This document shows, one piece after another, positions 6,350 to 13,888 of a stretch of 13,888 bases of DNA. Each line of letters opens with the position of its first letter. The stretch's first letter is position 1. The notes under the pieces were generated by a model. That model was not told the DNA's origin. It did not search any database and saw only the letters and a list, made by a program, of their open reading frames with translations. This DNA is from Chlamydiota bacterium (GTDB lineage: Bacteria > Chlamydiota > Chlamydiia > Chlamydiales > SM23-39), in NCBI GenBank assembly GCA_050049995.1, contig JASFVE010000050.1, positions 1 through 13,888 on the forward strand, read 5' to 3'. A program made the position numbers and the translations under genes.

Positions 6350-7360
6350 ATGTTTGTCGATAAAGTTCAACTTCGCTTGATAGCGGGAAAAGGAGGAAAC
6401 GGCGTCGTAGCATGGCGAAGAGAAAAGTATATTCCTAAGGGTGGTCCTTCTGGCGGAGACGGCGGCAAAGGGGCCTCCATTATTATTCAAGCAGACAATC
6501 ATGTTTATTCTTTAGAAGATTACCGCAATATTAAAATTGTTCGTGCTAAAAATGGCGGGCAAGGCGGATCTAATCAAAAAAAAGGAAAAGACGGCCAAGA
6601 CAAGATTCTAAAAGTCCCTTTAGGCACTATTGTCAAAAAAATTAGTTCCAATGAAGTCCTCTATGATTTAACAGAGCATGGGCAGCAAGTTACTATCTGC
6701 TCGGGTGGTAAAGGCGGAAAAGGAAATATTCATTTTAAATCTTCTACGAATAGAGCACCTAATCAATGTACCGAGGGTACCGAGGGCGGGGAAGAGGAAA
6801 TTGAACTAGAGTTAAAACTTATTGCAGATGTTGGTTTAGTTGGCATGCCAAATGCCGGAAAATCAACCATTATTTCAAAACTTGCCAAGCTACCTGTAAA
6901 AATTGCCCCCTATCCTTTTACCACATTAACCCCTAATTTAGGGCTTGTTGAGTTTGATGATTACTCTCGTATTCTCATTGCCGACATTCCAGGAATTATC
7001 AAAGGGGCTCATCACGATAAAGGCCTTGGACTTGCTTTTTTAAAACACATTGAAAGGACAGAAGTTTTAGTTTTTGTCATTGATATTGCAGCACAAGATC
7101 AAAGAGATCCTCTACAGGACTTTCTCACTTTGCAAAATGAGCTAAAGTCTTATAATCCTAATCTATTACAAAAACCATCATTAGTCGTTCTTAATAAAAT
7201 AGATGATGAAAACAGCAACGAGTACTGCAAGCAATTTAAAAAATCTATTTCCTTAGGCAATACTCCTATACTGGAAACATCTGCTGTTAATAATATAAAT
7301 ATGGATGAGCTGAAAGAAACTATCCGAGAGCTAGCTCAAAAAAAAGGTAAAAAGTTTTAG
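6350..7360 (+). CDS. obgE: GTPase ObgE/CgtA (short form, no long C-terminal domain)
   Basis: Gly-rich Obg fold AGKGGNG..RREKYIPKGGPSGGDGG. G1 GMPNAGKST, G2 YPFTT, G3 DIPG, G4 NKID. Canonical position after rplU-rpmA. Confidence 0.97.
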   Translation: MFVDKVQLRLIAGKGGNGVVAWRREKYIPKGGPSGGDGGKGASIIIQADNHVYSLEDYRNIKIVRAKNGGQGGSNQKKGKDGQDKILKVPLGTIVKKISSNEVLYDLTEHGQQVTICSGGKGGKGNIHFKSSTNRAPNQCTEGTEGGEEEIELELKLIADVGLVGMPNAGKSTIISKLAKLPVKIAPYPFTTLTPNLGLVEFDDYSRILIADIPGIIKGAHHDKGLGLAFLKHIERTEVLVFVIDIAAQDQRDPLQDFLTLQNELKSYNPNLLQKPSLVVLNKIDDENSNEYCKQFKKSISLGNTPILETSAVNNINMDELKETIRELAQKKGKKF

Positions 7361-8226
7361 CCTTTTTTAGATGGGATTATTTTTCCCTTTTTATCCAACA
7401 ATGTTAAAACCCCTCCTAAAATCACTAAACATGCTCCTAAGAGAATTGTAATTTTTGGGACTGCATCAAAAAGAAAAAATCCTATAATCCCCCCAAATAC
7501 AATACTCATATACATTAAACAGCCAGCTTGCGTAGCAGGTATATAAGTATAAGCCTTAGTGATAAAAAACTGAAAAAACGTAGCAGCTACACCTACTCCT
7601 AAAATATAGATCCACATTTTTTCACCAAAAGGCTCCCATGTAAAAACCATCGGGAAAAAAGAAATTATAATAGAAAAAATGAAGAAATAAAAAAGAATGC
7701 TTTCTGTTTTCTCAGTTTTTGAGAGCAACCTGACACTCACCATAGCAACAGCTACAAAGAGTCCTGCACTTAAACCAATAATACTTGGAACGAGTGGAAA
7801 ATGAAGATTTGGTTCTAAAATTAGAGCAACTCCTAAAAAGCCAAGACCCAAAAAAAACATTCTTCTTTTAGGTATTTTACTTTTTATCCACAGTAAAACC
7901 ACTAGTGGAATGAAAAGAGGACTGGTATTTGCCAGCAAAATCGCATTTACTAAAGGAAGGTTTCTTACGGCATAAAAGTAAGCATAAAGACCAAGCATGC
8001 CAACGATTGCTCGAAAAGTATGCAGCTTAAATCGTTTAGTCTTTAAGCTGATCTTCTTTTTTAATAAGAAAGGCAAGAGAATAATCATGGAAACCACATT
8101 CCTAAAAAAGACCATGGCTTCAATTCTAACCTCAGGAGAAAGCTTAACCAAAGTGGCCATGATGGTATAGCTCAATGCAGCTAACAGGCCAAACAGGGAC
8201 CCAATAAAAATATCTCTTTCTTTCAT
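7357..8226 (-). CDS. EamA/DMT-family transporter
   Basis: About 10 TM segments in two repeats. Motifs MVFFRN, HTFRAIVG, YAVRNLPLVNAILLANTSPLF, TKAY. Convergent with obgE, with the stop codons overlapping. Confidence 0.88.
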   Translation of the reverse strand: MKERDIFIGSLFGLLAALSYTIMATLVKLSPEVRIEAMVFFRNVVSMIILLPFLLKKKISLKTKRFKLHTFRAIVGMLGLYAYFYAVRNLPLVNAILLANTSPLFIPLVVLLWIKSKIPKRRMFFLGLGFLGVALILEPNLHFPLVPSIIGLSAGLFVAVAMVSVRLLSKTEKTESILFYFFIFSIIISFFPMVFTWEPFGEKMWIYILGVGVAATFFQFFITKAYTYIPATQAGCLMYMSIVFGGIIGFFLFDAVPKITILLGACLVILGGVLTLLDKKGKIIPSKKG

Positions 8227-8307
8227 GCATGAAGTATACTGCTATTTATATTTCTTCATGACATTTTCCTTTCTTTAAGACAACTTTAAAGATGATCTAC
8301 GAATCGC

Positions 8308-8336
8308 TTTACCCAATTCTTTTTACCTGGTACGAT
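8308..8336 (+). promoter_or_regulatory. Putative promoter of the 8369 ORF
   Basis: TTTACC (8308-8313), 17 bp, TACGAT (8331-8336), with an extended -10 TGn. Confidence 0.45.
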
Positions 8337-8368
8337 TTCTGGCCTTTAAAAGAACAAAAGGATAAATA

Positions 8369-8929
8369 ATGGCTACACAAGCTCTTGCATATGGTATTGA
8401 AAGATCATTTTATGAAAGTACTATCTCGAAATTAAGAAATACGCATTTTCGTTATGCTGATCCAGCTGCAAGCGAGAAACTATTTTTTCCTGCTAAAGCT
8501 CTATTAACAATGGTTCAATCTATCGATCTTTCTAAGAAAGCCGCAAAACTTTTTAAAGTTAACTCTTTATTTCCCAAAATATCTAAAAGTCTTTTTTCTC
8601 AGATTACAAGTACATATTTAATTTCTCAAATTTTTTTTGATGCTATAGCTGCTTATGGAGAAGGGGCATTGAGCAATAAAAGCATACAAACGATTAGGCT
8701 AATCAGTGGAGGTTTAGATTTCTTGCGCGCTACAGCTAATGCGATTTGCGTTGTCGCTTCTATGAACTTCCCCTTCATTGTAGGATATTTTTTATTTGCT
8801 ACTTTACAAAGTGATTTAATTAGTAATGACCTTCAAGTAGCTAGCGTATCATTATCTTATGCAATTGCTGCGACCTCTATGATTATGCATGGTGGGTTTA
8901 TCTCTAGACTGCTTCCCGCAAAGTTTTAA
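8369..8929 (+). CDS. Hypothetical protein with hydrophobic C-terminal segments
   Basis: 186-aa ORF with SD AAGGA. Hydrophobic stretches AICVVASMNFPFIVGYFLFATL and VASVSLSYAIAATSMIMHGGFI. Confidence 0.65.
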   Translation: MATQALAYGIERSFYESTISKLRNTHFRYADPAASEKLFFPAKALLTMVQSIDLSKKAAKLFKVNSLFPKISKSLFSQITSTYLISQIFFDAIAAYGEGALSNKSIQTIRLISGGLDFLRATANAICVVASMNFPFIVGYFLFATLQSDLISNDLQVASVSLSYAIAATSMIMHGGFISRLLPAKF

Positions 8930-8991
8930 ATCACAAGACATTAAAGTATTAATTTGGCAATATTCCCTTTGGCACAATTAGGGGTATTGCC

Positions 8992-10341
8992 ATGAGCTTA
9001 TTTCGCGAAAAACCTTTTGCCTTCTTTATTTTACTTTTTGCAGCTTTGGGAGGACTTTTATATGGTTATGATATCGGCGTGATATCAGGTGCACTTCTTT
9101 TTATCCAAAAAGACATCCCACTTTCTACTGAACAAACGTCCCTTGTTGTTGCAGCTGTATTAGGGGGCGGGTCAATTGCCACCCTTATCTCAGGTCCAAT
9201 GGCAGATTGGATAGGAAGAAAGAAAATGATCATTTTAGCTGCTGTCATTGTCATTATTGGAACCTTACTACTAGCTGGAGCCTATAATTTTTCCTCTCTT
9301 TTATTGGGAAGACTTATTCAAGGGATAAGCATTGGCATTGTAACTATCGTAATTCCACTTTACATAGCTGAAGCAACACCTAAAAATATGCGAGGAAGAG
9401 GGCTCGCCTTATTTCAACTTATACTGACGTTGGGCATATTGCTTGCCTATGCTATAAATTTTCTTCTCGCACCCAGTGGTAACTGGAGAGGAATGTTCTA
9501 CTGTGTCCTCATACCTGGATTTACATTATTTTTAGGCTCATTATTTATACCTGAATCCCCTGTCTGGCTATTTTCTAAAGGGAAAAAATCAAAAGCAAAG
9601 AGTATTTTGCAGAAGCTGAGATTGCCAAAAGAGGCGGAAAAAGAGTTCCAGGAAATGGAAGGGTTAAAGAAAGAAACTCATGCGAGCATAGAGAAATTCA
9701 CATGGCAAAAACATTATTTCCTCCCTCTTTTTTTAGCTCTTAGCATCGGAACATTGAATCAACTTACCGGTATCAATGTCATCTTACAGTTTATTACCAT
9801 CATTTTAAAAGACTCAGGGCTTCAAACAAATTTACTTTCTTTACTGGGAAGCATAGGTATAGGCTTGATCAATTTTATTATCACAATTTTTGCTCTTGTA
9901 CTTGTTGATAAAATTGGAAGAAAGCCCCTTTTGTTAATGGGAACTGGTGGCATTGTCTTATCTCTTTTTTTTGCTGGAGTAACTTCCTTTGCCTTGGATG
10001 ATGGAACATTTAAAGGAACAATTATTTTGGTTTCGCTCGTTGGGTTTATCTGTAGTTTCGCTATTGGCCCAGGCGTTGTTGTATGGCTTGCTGTCAGCGA
10101 AATACTTCCTAATGCTTTGCGAAGCAAAGGAATGGCTGTTGCCTTATTTTTAAACTCAATCTCCTCTACTATTTACGCCTCTTTTTTCTTGTCTTTGGCT
10201 CAAAACATAGGCTTTGGAGGGATTTTTATGCTAAGCGCTACTTTTTCCCTGATATATTTTCTAATTACCTATTTTTATCTTCCTGAAACAAAACATAAAA
10301 CCTTGGAAGAAATTGAAGAAGGCTTTAGAAAAAGGATATGA
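8992..10341 (+). CDS. Sugar porter family MFS transporter (GalP/XylE-like), probable GlcNAc/glucosamine importer
   Basis: GGLLYGYDIGVISGA, ADWIGRK, YIAEATPKNMRG, PESPVWL, NQLTGINVI, VDKIGRKPLLL, LPETKHKTLEEIE. Substrate inferred from operon context. Confidence 0.92.
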   Translation: MSLFREKPFAFFILLFAALGGLLYGYDIGVISGALLFIQKDIPLSTEQTSLVVAAVLGGGSIATLISGPMADWIGRKKMIILAAVIVIIGTLLLAGAYNFSSLLLGRLIQGISIGIVTIVIPLYIAEATPKNMRGRGLALFQLILTLGILLAYAINFLLAPSGNWRGMFYCVLIPGFTLFLGSLFIPESPVWLFSKGKKSKAKSILQKLRLPKEAEKEFQEMEGLKKETHASIEKFTWQKHYFLPLFLALSIGTLNQLTGINVILQFITIILKDSGLQTNLLSLLGSIGIGLINFIITIFALVLVDKIGRKPLLLMGTGGIVLSLFFAGVTSFALDDGTFKGTIILVSLVGFICSFAIGPGVVVWLAVSEILPNALRSKGMAVALFLNSISSTIYASFFLSLAQNIGFGGIFMLSATFSLIYFLITYFYLPETKHKTLEEIEEGFRKRI

Positions 10342-11225
10342 AAAAAGATATTTTTATAGGGCTAGATGGTGGAGGCACCAAAACTAAGCTTCTTATAGAA
10401 GATGCAAAAGGCAACCTTCTAGGAAGTGCTAGGGCAGGACCTGCTAACATTCGCTTATCGGTAAGTCAGGCATGGGATTCTATTTTTCATGCTCTACATA
10501 GTGCCTTGAGGCAAGCAAAAATTGAAATTGATGACCCAACTATTAATCTGCATGCCGGCATGGGACTTGCGGGAACAGAAATCCCATTTGCCTGCAAAGA
10601 TTTTTTAGAAAAACCCCATCCTTTTAAAAGTATTTGTCTTCGATCAGATGCTTTTACAGCTTGTCTAGGAGCCCATAATGGTCAGGATGGAGATATCATT
10701 ATTATTGGGACAGGTGTTATTGGGTATCAGATTTTTGAAAATGCAGAGTCACAGGTAAATGGCTGGGGCTTTCCTCATGCTGATGAAGGTGGAGGCGCAT
10801 GGCTTGGCATGCAAGCTATTCGGAAAACCCTGCAATGGCAAGACGGCAGAGGAGATAAAAGTTCTATGTTAGAAGCTATCTTTGATCACTTTAACAACAA
10901 TTTAAATGAAATGGTTGTATGGGCAAATGAGGCAAAGTCTACGAACTTTGCAGAACTTGCCTTGATTGTCACGCAATTTTTAGAGGAAAATGACCCTATT
11001 TCCTTAGAGCTTTTACAACTTGCCGGAAATGAAATAAACAAAGTTGGCTCAGCATTAGAAAAATTTTCCCATAAGCCTCTGCCTTGTTCTTTATTTGGAG
11101 GCATTGCAAATTTTATCATACCCTTTTTAAGTGACAGTCTTAAAAGTAGAATAAAAGAAAGGTTAAATGATGCTCCCAAAGGAGCTATTTTCATGATACG
11201 AAAGCAGGTTTTAGGAGAAAAATGA
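10338..11225 (+). CDS. BadF/BadG/BcrA/BcrD-type sugar kinase, probable N-acetylglucosamine/glucosamine kinase
   Basis: IGLDGGGTKT, GPANI, GMGLAG, SDAFTACLGAH, IIIGTG, GWGFPHADEGGGAWLG. ATGA-coupled to both neighbours. Confidence 0.85.
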   Translation: MKKDIFIGLDGGGTKTKLLIEDAKGNLLGSARAGPANIRLSVSQAWDSIFHALHSALRQAKIEIDDPTINLHAGMGLAGTEIPFACKDFLEKPHPFKSICLRSDAFTACLGAHNGQDGDIIIIGTGVIGYQIFENAESQVNGWGFPHADEGGGAWLGMQAIRKTLQWQDGRGDKSSMLEAIFDHFNNNLNEMVVWANEAKSTNFAELALIVTQFLEENDPISLELLQLAGNEINKVGSALEKFSHKPLPCSLFGGIANFIIPFLSDSLKSRIKERLNDAPKGAIFMIRKQVLGEK

Positions 11226-12265
11226 CAACGCAAATGGAACTTGAAGCAAAAGAATCTCCTCAAAAAATAGAACTACAGCTTCAAGAAAACCATGCAATGC
11301 TGTCAAAAATAGCCTCTTATATCAAAAAGAAAAACCCCGCCTTTGCTCTTACTATGGCAAGAGGAAGCTCTGCTTATGCAGCTCTTTACCTTAAATATCT
11401 TTTAGAAAACAAGCTAGGCCTTATAACTTCTTCTCAACAACTAAGTACAGTAAGTATCTATCAATCTCCTCTTGAATTACGACATGCATTAGCTATTGCA
11501 ATATCACAATCAGGAAAAAGCCCTGACATATGTGAAAACATACGCTATGCAAAAAAAAAAGGAGCGTTGACCTTATGCTTTGTCAATGATGTAAACTCTC
11601 CGCTTGCCAAAGAAGCCGAATTAGTTGTTCCTCTTTTTGCAGGGCAAGAAAAAGCAGTTGCTGCTACGAAAAGCTTTTTAACCTCCTTAAGCGCAGCTAT
11701 GCATATGGTAGCCGAACTTGCGGAAGATAAATTGCTTTTAAGATCACTGCAAAAAATACCTCAAGCAATGGAGAATACTCTTCAAGTTAATCCATCTGCT
11801 CTTATCAAAGCGTTCGCTAAAGTCAATAATTTATTTGTCTTAGCAAGAGGTTTTTCCCATCCTATTGCCATGGAAGCTGCTTTAAAATTTAAAGAAACAT
11901 GTTCTATTCATGCTGAAGGATTCAGTTCCGCAGAAGTTTTGCATGGTCCTTTTGCTCTAGTAAAAAAAGATTTTCATGCTCTTTTATTTGCTCAAAATGA
12001 CGTTTCATTAACAACTACTATGGCAATTTGTAAGAAAATTCAAAAAGCGAAAGGGACAACCTTTTTAATTACGAATGAAACACATTCTAAAATGATACAT
12101 AACTGTGCTGATAAAGTGCTCATGGTTCCTAAAAGCATTCACCCTGTATGTGACCCTCTGATGTATTTGCAACTGTTATACCCCTTTTTTGCAAAGCTAG
12201 CTGTAAAAAAAGGGATAGATCCAGACAACCCACAAAACTTGCAAAAAGTTACTGAAACACTATGA
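11222..12265 (+). CDS. SIS-domain glucosamine-6-phosphate deaminase (NagB-II type; GlmS isomerase-domain homologue without the glutaminase domain)
   Basis: ARGSS, ISQSGKSPD, AGQEKAVAATKSF, EAALKFKET, AEVLHGP, C-terminal DPDNPQNLQKVTETL. Confidence 0.85.
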   Translation: MTTQMELEAKESPQKIELQLQENHAMLSKIASYIKKKNPAFALTMARGSSAYAALYLKYLLENKLGLITSSQQLSTVSIYQSPLELRHALAIAISQSGKSPDICENIRYAKKKGALTLCFVNDVNSPLAKEAELVVPLFAGQEKAVAATKSFLTSLSAAMHMVAELAEDKLLLRSLQKIPQAMENTLQVNPSALIKAFAKVNNLFVLARGFSHPIAMEAALKFKETCSIHAEGFSSAEVLHGPFALVKKDFHALLFAQNDVSLTTTMAICKKIQKAKGTTFLITNETHSKMIHNCADKVLMVPKSIHPVCDPLMYLQLLYPFFAKLAVKKGIDPDNPQNLQKVTETL

Positions 12266-13428
12266 CAAGGTTTTTAATTCAGGGACTCAAAGTTTATACA
12301 GAAACAAAAGTGTTAAAGCAAGGGGGTGTCTTAATTGAAGATGGGGTAATTCAAGAAATTTTCACGCATGATCAATTACAAAAGTTTTGTGAAAAAACCA
12401 CGTATCACTTTCCCGCCAATTATCATTTAGTCCCTGGATTTATTGACCTTCATATTCACGGGGCAAATGGCTCTGATGTAATGGATAATAGTATTGATGC
12501 ACTTCAAAATATTTGCATAAGCCTTCCTAAAGAAGGTACAACTAGCTTTTTAGCAACTACTTTGTCACAGCCAAAAGCTAAAATAGAAGAAGTATTACAG
12601 ACAATTAGCCGCGCCACTGCTTTAAAAGGAGCTGAAATTCTAGGAGTTCACCTAGAAGGGCCTTTTTTGTCTTTTGAAAAACCCGGAGCACATGAGCCCT
12701 CTTATTTTTTAGATCCAGACATTCCCCTTTTTGATAGGTGGCAAACTCTTTCTGGAGATAAAATAAAGGTTGTAACTGTAGCTCCCGAGAAAAAGAATGG
12801 CATAGAGTTTATTCAGCATTTAAAAAAGAAAAATGTAACAGCATCTATTGGTCATAGTTATGCAAGTTATGAAAAAGCTATTGAAGCTATTGAAGCAGGA
12901 TCTTCTTACGCAACACATCTTTTTAATGCAATGACACCTATACATCAAAGAAATCCTGGATGTTCTATAGCCTGTCTTTTACATAATCATATCAGTGCAG
13001 AAATCATAGCAGACGGGGTGCATTTACATGGAGCTATGATCCATCTCACCTACCAAGTTAAAGGTCCAGACCTTGTCTTGCTTGTTACAGATGCCATGAG
13101 AGCTAAATGCATGCCTGCAGGAGAATATACTTTAGGTGATAAGACTGTAACCGTTAACAAAGAAATGGCCACTTTAAAAGATGGGACTATAGCTGGAAGC
13201 ATTTTAAAAATGGATCAGGCATTTAGAAATGTCTATAAATATTTAAATTGTCCCATAGAACATATGATAAAAATGTGCTCGACCAATCCCGCAAAAATAG
13301 CTCGCGTATTTGATAGGAAAGGCAGCATTACTAAAGGTAAAGAAGCCGATCTTGTCATTTTAGACGAAGACTTGGAACCAATTCTCACCTTATGCAAGGG
13401 GGAAGCTGTTTTTGAAAAAAAAACTTGA
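12262..13428 (+). CDS. nagA: N-acetylglucosamine-6-phosphate deacetylase
   Basis: PGFIDLHIHG, GVHLEGPFL, GAH, GHS, THLFNAM, IADGVH, LVTDAM, IAGS, NPA...GSITKGKEADLV. Confidence 0.95.
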   Translation: MTRFLIQGLKVYTETKVLKQGGVLIEDGVIQEIFTHDQLQKFCEKTTYHFPANYHLVPGFIDLHIHGANGSDVMDNSIDALQNICISLPKEGTTSFLATTLSQPKAKIEEVLQTISRATALKGAEILGVHLEGPFLSFEKPGAHEPSYFLDPDIPLFDRWQTLSGDKIKVVTVAPEKKNGIEFIQHLKKKNVTASIGHSYASYEKAIEAIEAGSSYATHLFNAMTPIHQRNPGCSIACLLHNHISAEIIADGVHLHGAMIHLTYQVKGPDLVLLVTDAMRAKCMPAGEYTLGDKTVTVNKEMATLKDGTIAGSILKMDQAFRNVYKYLNCPIEHMIKMCSTNPAKIARVFDRKGSITKGKEADLVILDEDLEPILTLCKGEAVFEKKT

Positions 13429-13498
13429 AAACCTTCTTTAAGTTGCATAATAACGACTATATAACTATTTTTTTATTTAAACTAGTCAAGGTACTCAA

Positions 13499-13888
13499 TT
13501 GAAAGTCACGGCCATTGTTCCCTGTTATAATGTAGAGAAATATTGCCGAAATGTTATTGAAAAAACGTTAGATCATTGCAGTTTTATTGTTCTTATTGAC
13601 GATGGTTCCACAGATCAGACTAATAAAATTCTTCAAGAGCTACAATCCTCAAATAGTCAGAAGATTCACTTAATTACCTTTCCTCAAAACCAAGGGAAAG
13701 GGATAGCTTTACTGGAAGGAATAAAGTATGCCTTATCAGATACTTCTTTTGACGCCCTTGTTACCATTGATTCTGATGGGCAGCATCTTCCTTCAGAAAT
13801 TCCCAAGCTTGTCTCATGCATCCAAGAAGGTTCAAGCTTAGTTATTGGTAGCAGAGATTTTACAAAAATCCCCTTTAGAAGACGCCTA
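13499..13888 (+). CDS. Glycosyltransferase family 2 (DPM1/polyprenol-phosphate glycosyltransferase-like), 5' part, runs off the window
   Basis: Not in the ORF track. Translated by hand from TTG 13499: MKVTAIVPCYNVEKY...LIDDGSTDQT...NQGKGIAL...VTIDSDGQHLPSEIPKL...LVIGSR. Open to the window end. Confidence 0.9.
   Translation, partial: MKVTAIVPCYNVEKYCRNVIEKTLDHCSFIVLIDDGSTDQTNKILQELQSSNSQKIHLITFPQNQGKGIALLEGIKYALSDTSFDALVTIDSDGQHLPSEIPKLVSCIQEGSSLVIGSRDFTKIPFRRRL

Noticed and set aside
6768..6785. 9-bp tandem repeat GTACCGAGG x2 in obgE
   Set aside because: In frame, encoding TEG-TEG in the Gly-repeat segment of the Obg fold. Ordinary coding periodicity.
7357..7360. Overlapping stop codons of convergent obgE and the EamA gene
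   Set aside because: A common arrangement in compact genomes, with no further signal.
2854..13448. Short shadow ORFs (2854-3042, 3269-3460, 3842-4081, 3963-4145, 4622-4816, 6129-6320, 9066-9254, 9822-10127, 10886-11263, 13233-13448)
   Set aside because: All lie antisense or out of frame within well-supported genes and show no recognisable motifs.

Overview
AT-rich bacterial chromosome window, most likely from a Chlamydiae-like organism. This is inferred from L27 starting MAHKKGQG, a short ~336-aa Obg, and a ZnuABC-type operon beside rplU-rpmA-obg. The left ~2.7 kb is an accessory region stacked against the 3' end of a minus-strand tRNA-Ser(GGA) at 2636-2723. It holds a DUF1801/YdhG-like gene and a complete AbiEi/AbiEii type IV toxin-antitoxin operon, which has its own consensus promoter and a perfect 15-bp inverted-repeat operator. 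The TA operon is tightly bracketed by two copies of a ~73-bp repeat with an identical 23-bp core (801-823, 2417-2439) that resembles the tRNA 3' end. This suggests integrase-less gene cassettes in tandem at a tRNA attachment site and is the most interesting signal here. The rest of the window holds a Zn/Mn ABC transporter operon, a small orphan ORF, rplU-rpmA-obg, an EamA/DMT transporter, an orphan membrane protein, a translationally coupled non-PTS amino-sugar (GlcNAc) utilisation operon (sugar porter, BadF-type kinase, SIS-type deaminase, NagA) and the 5' part of a GT2 glycosyltransferase that the ORF track missed.
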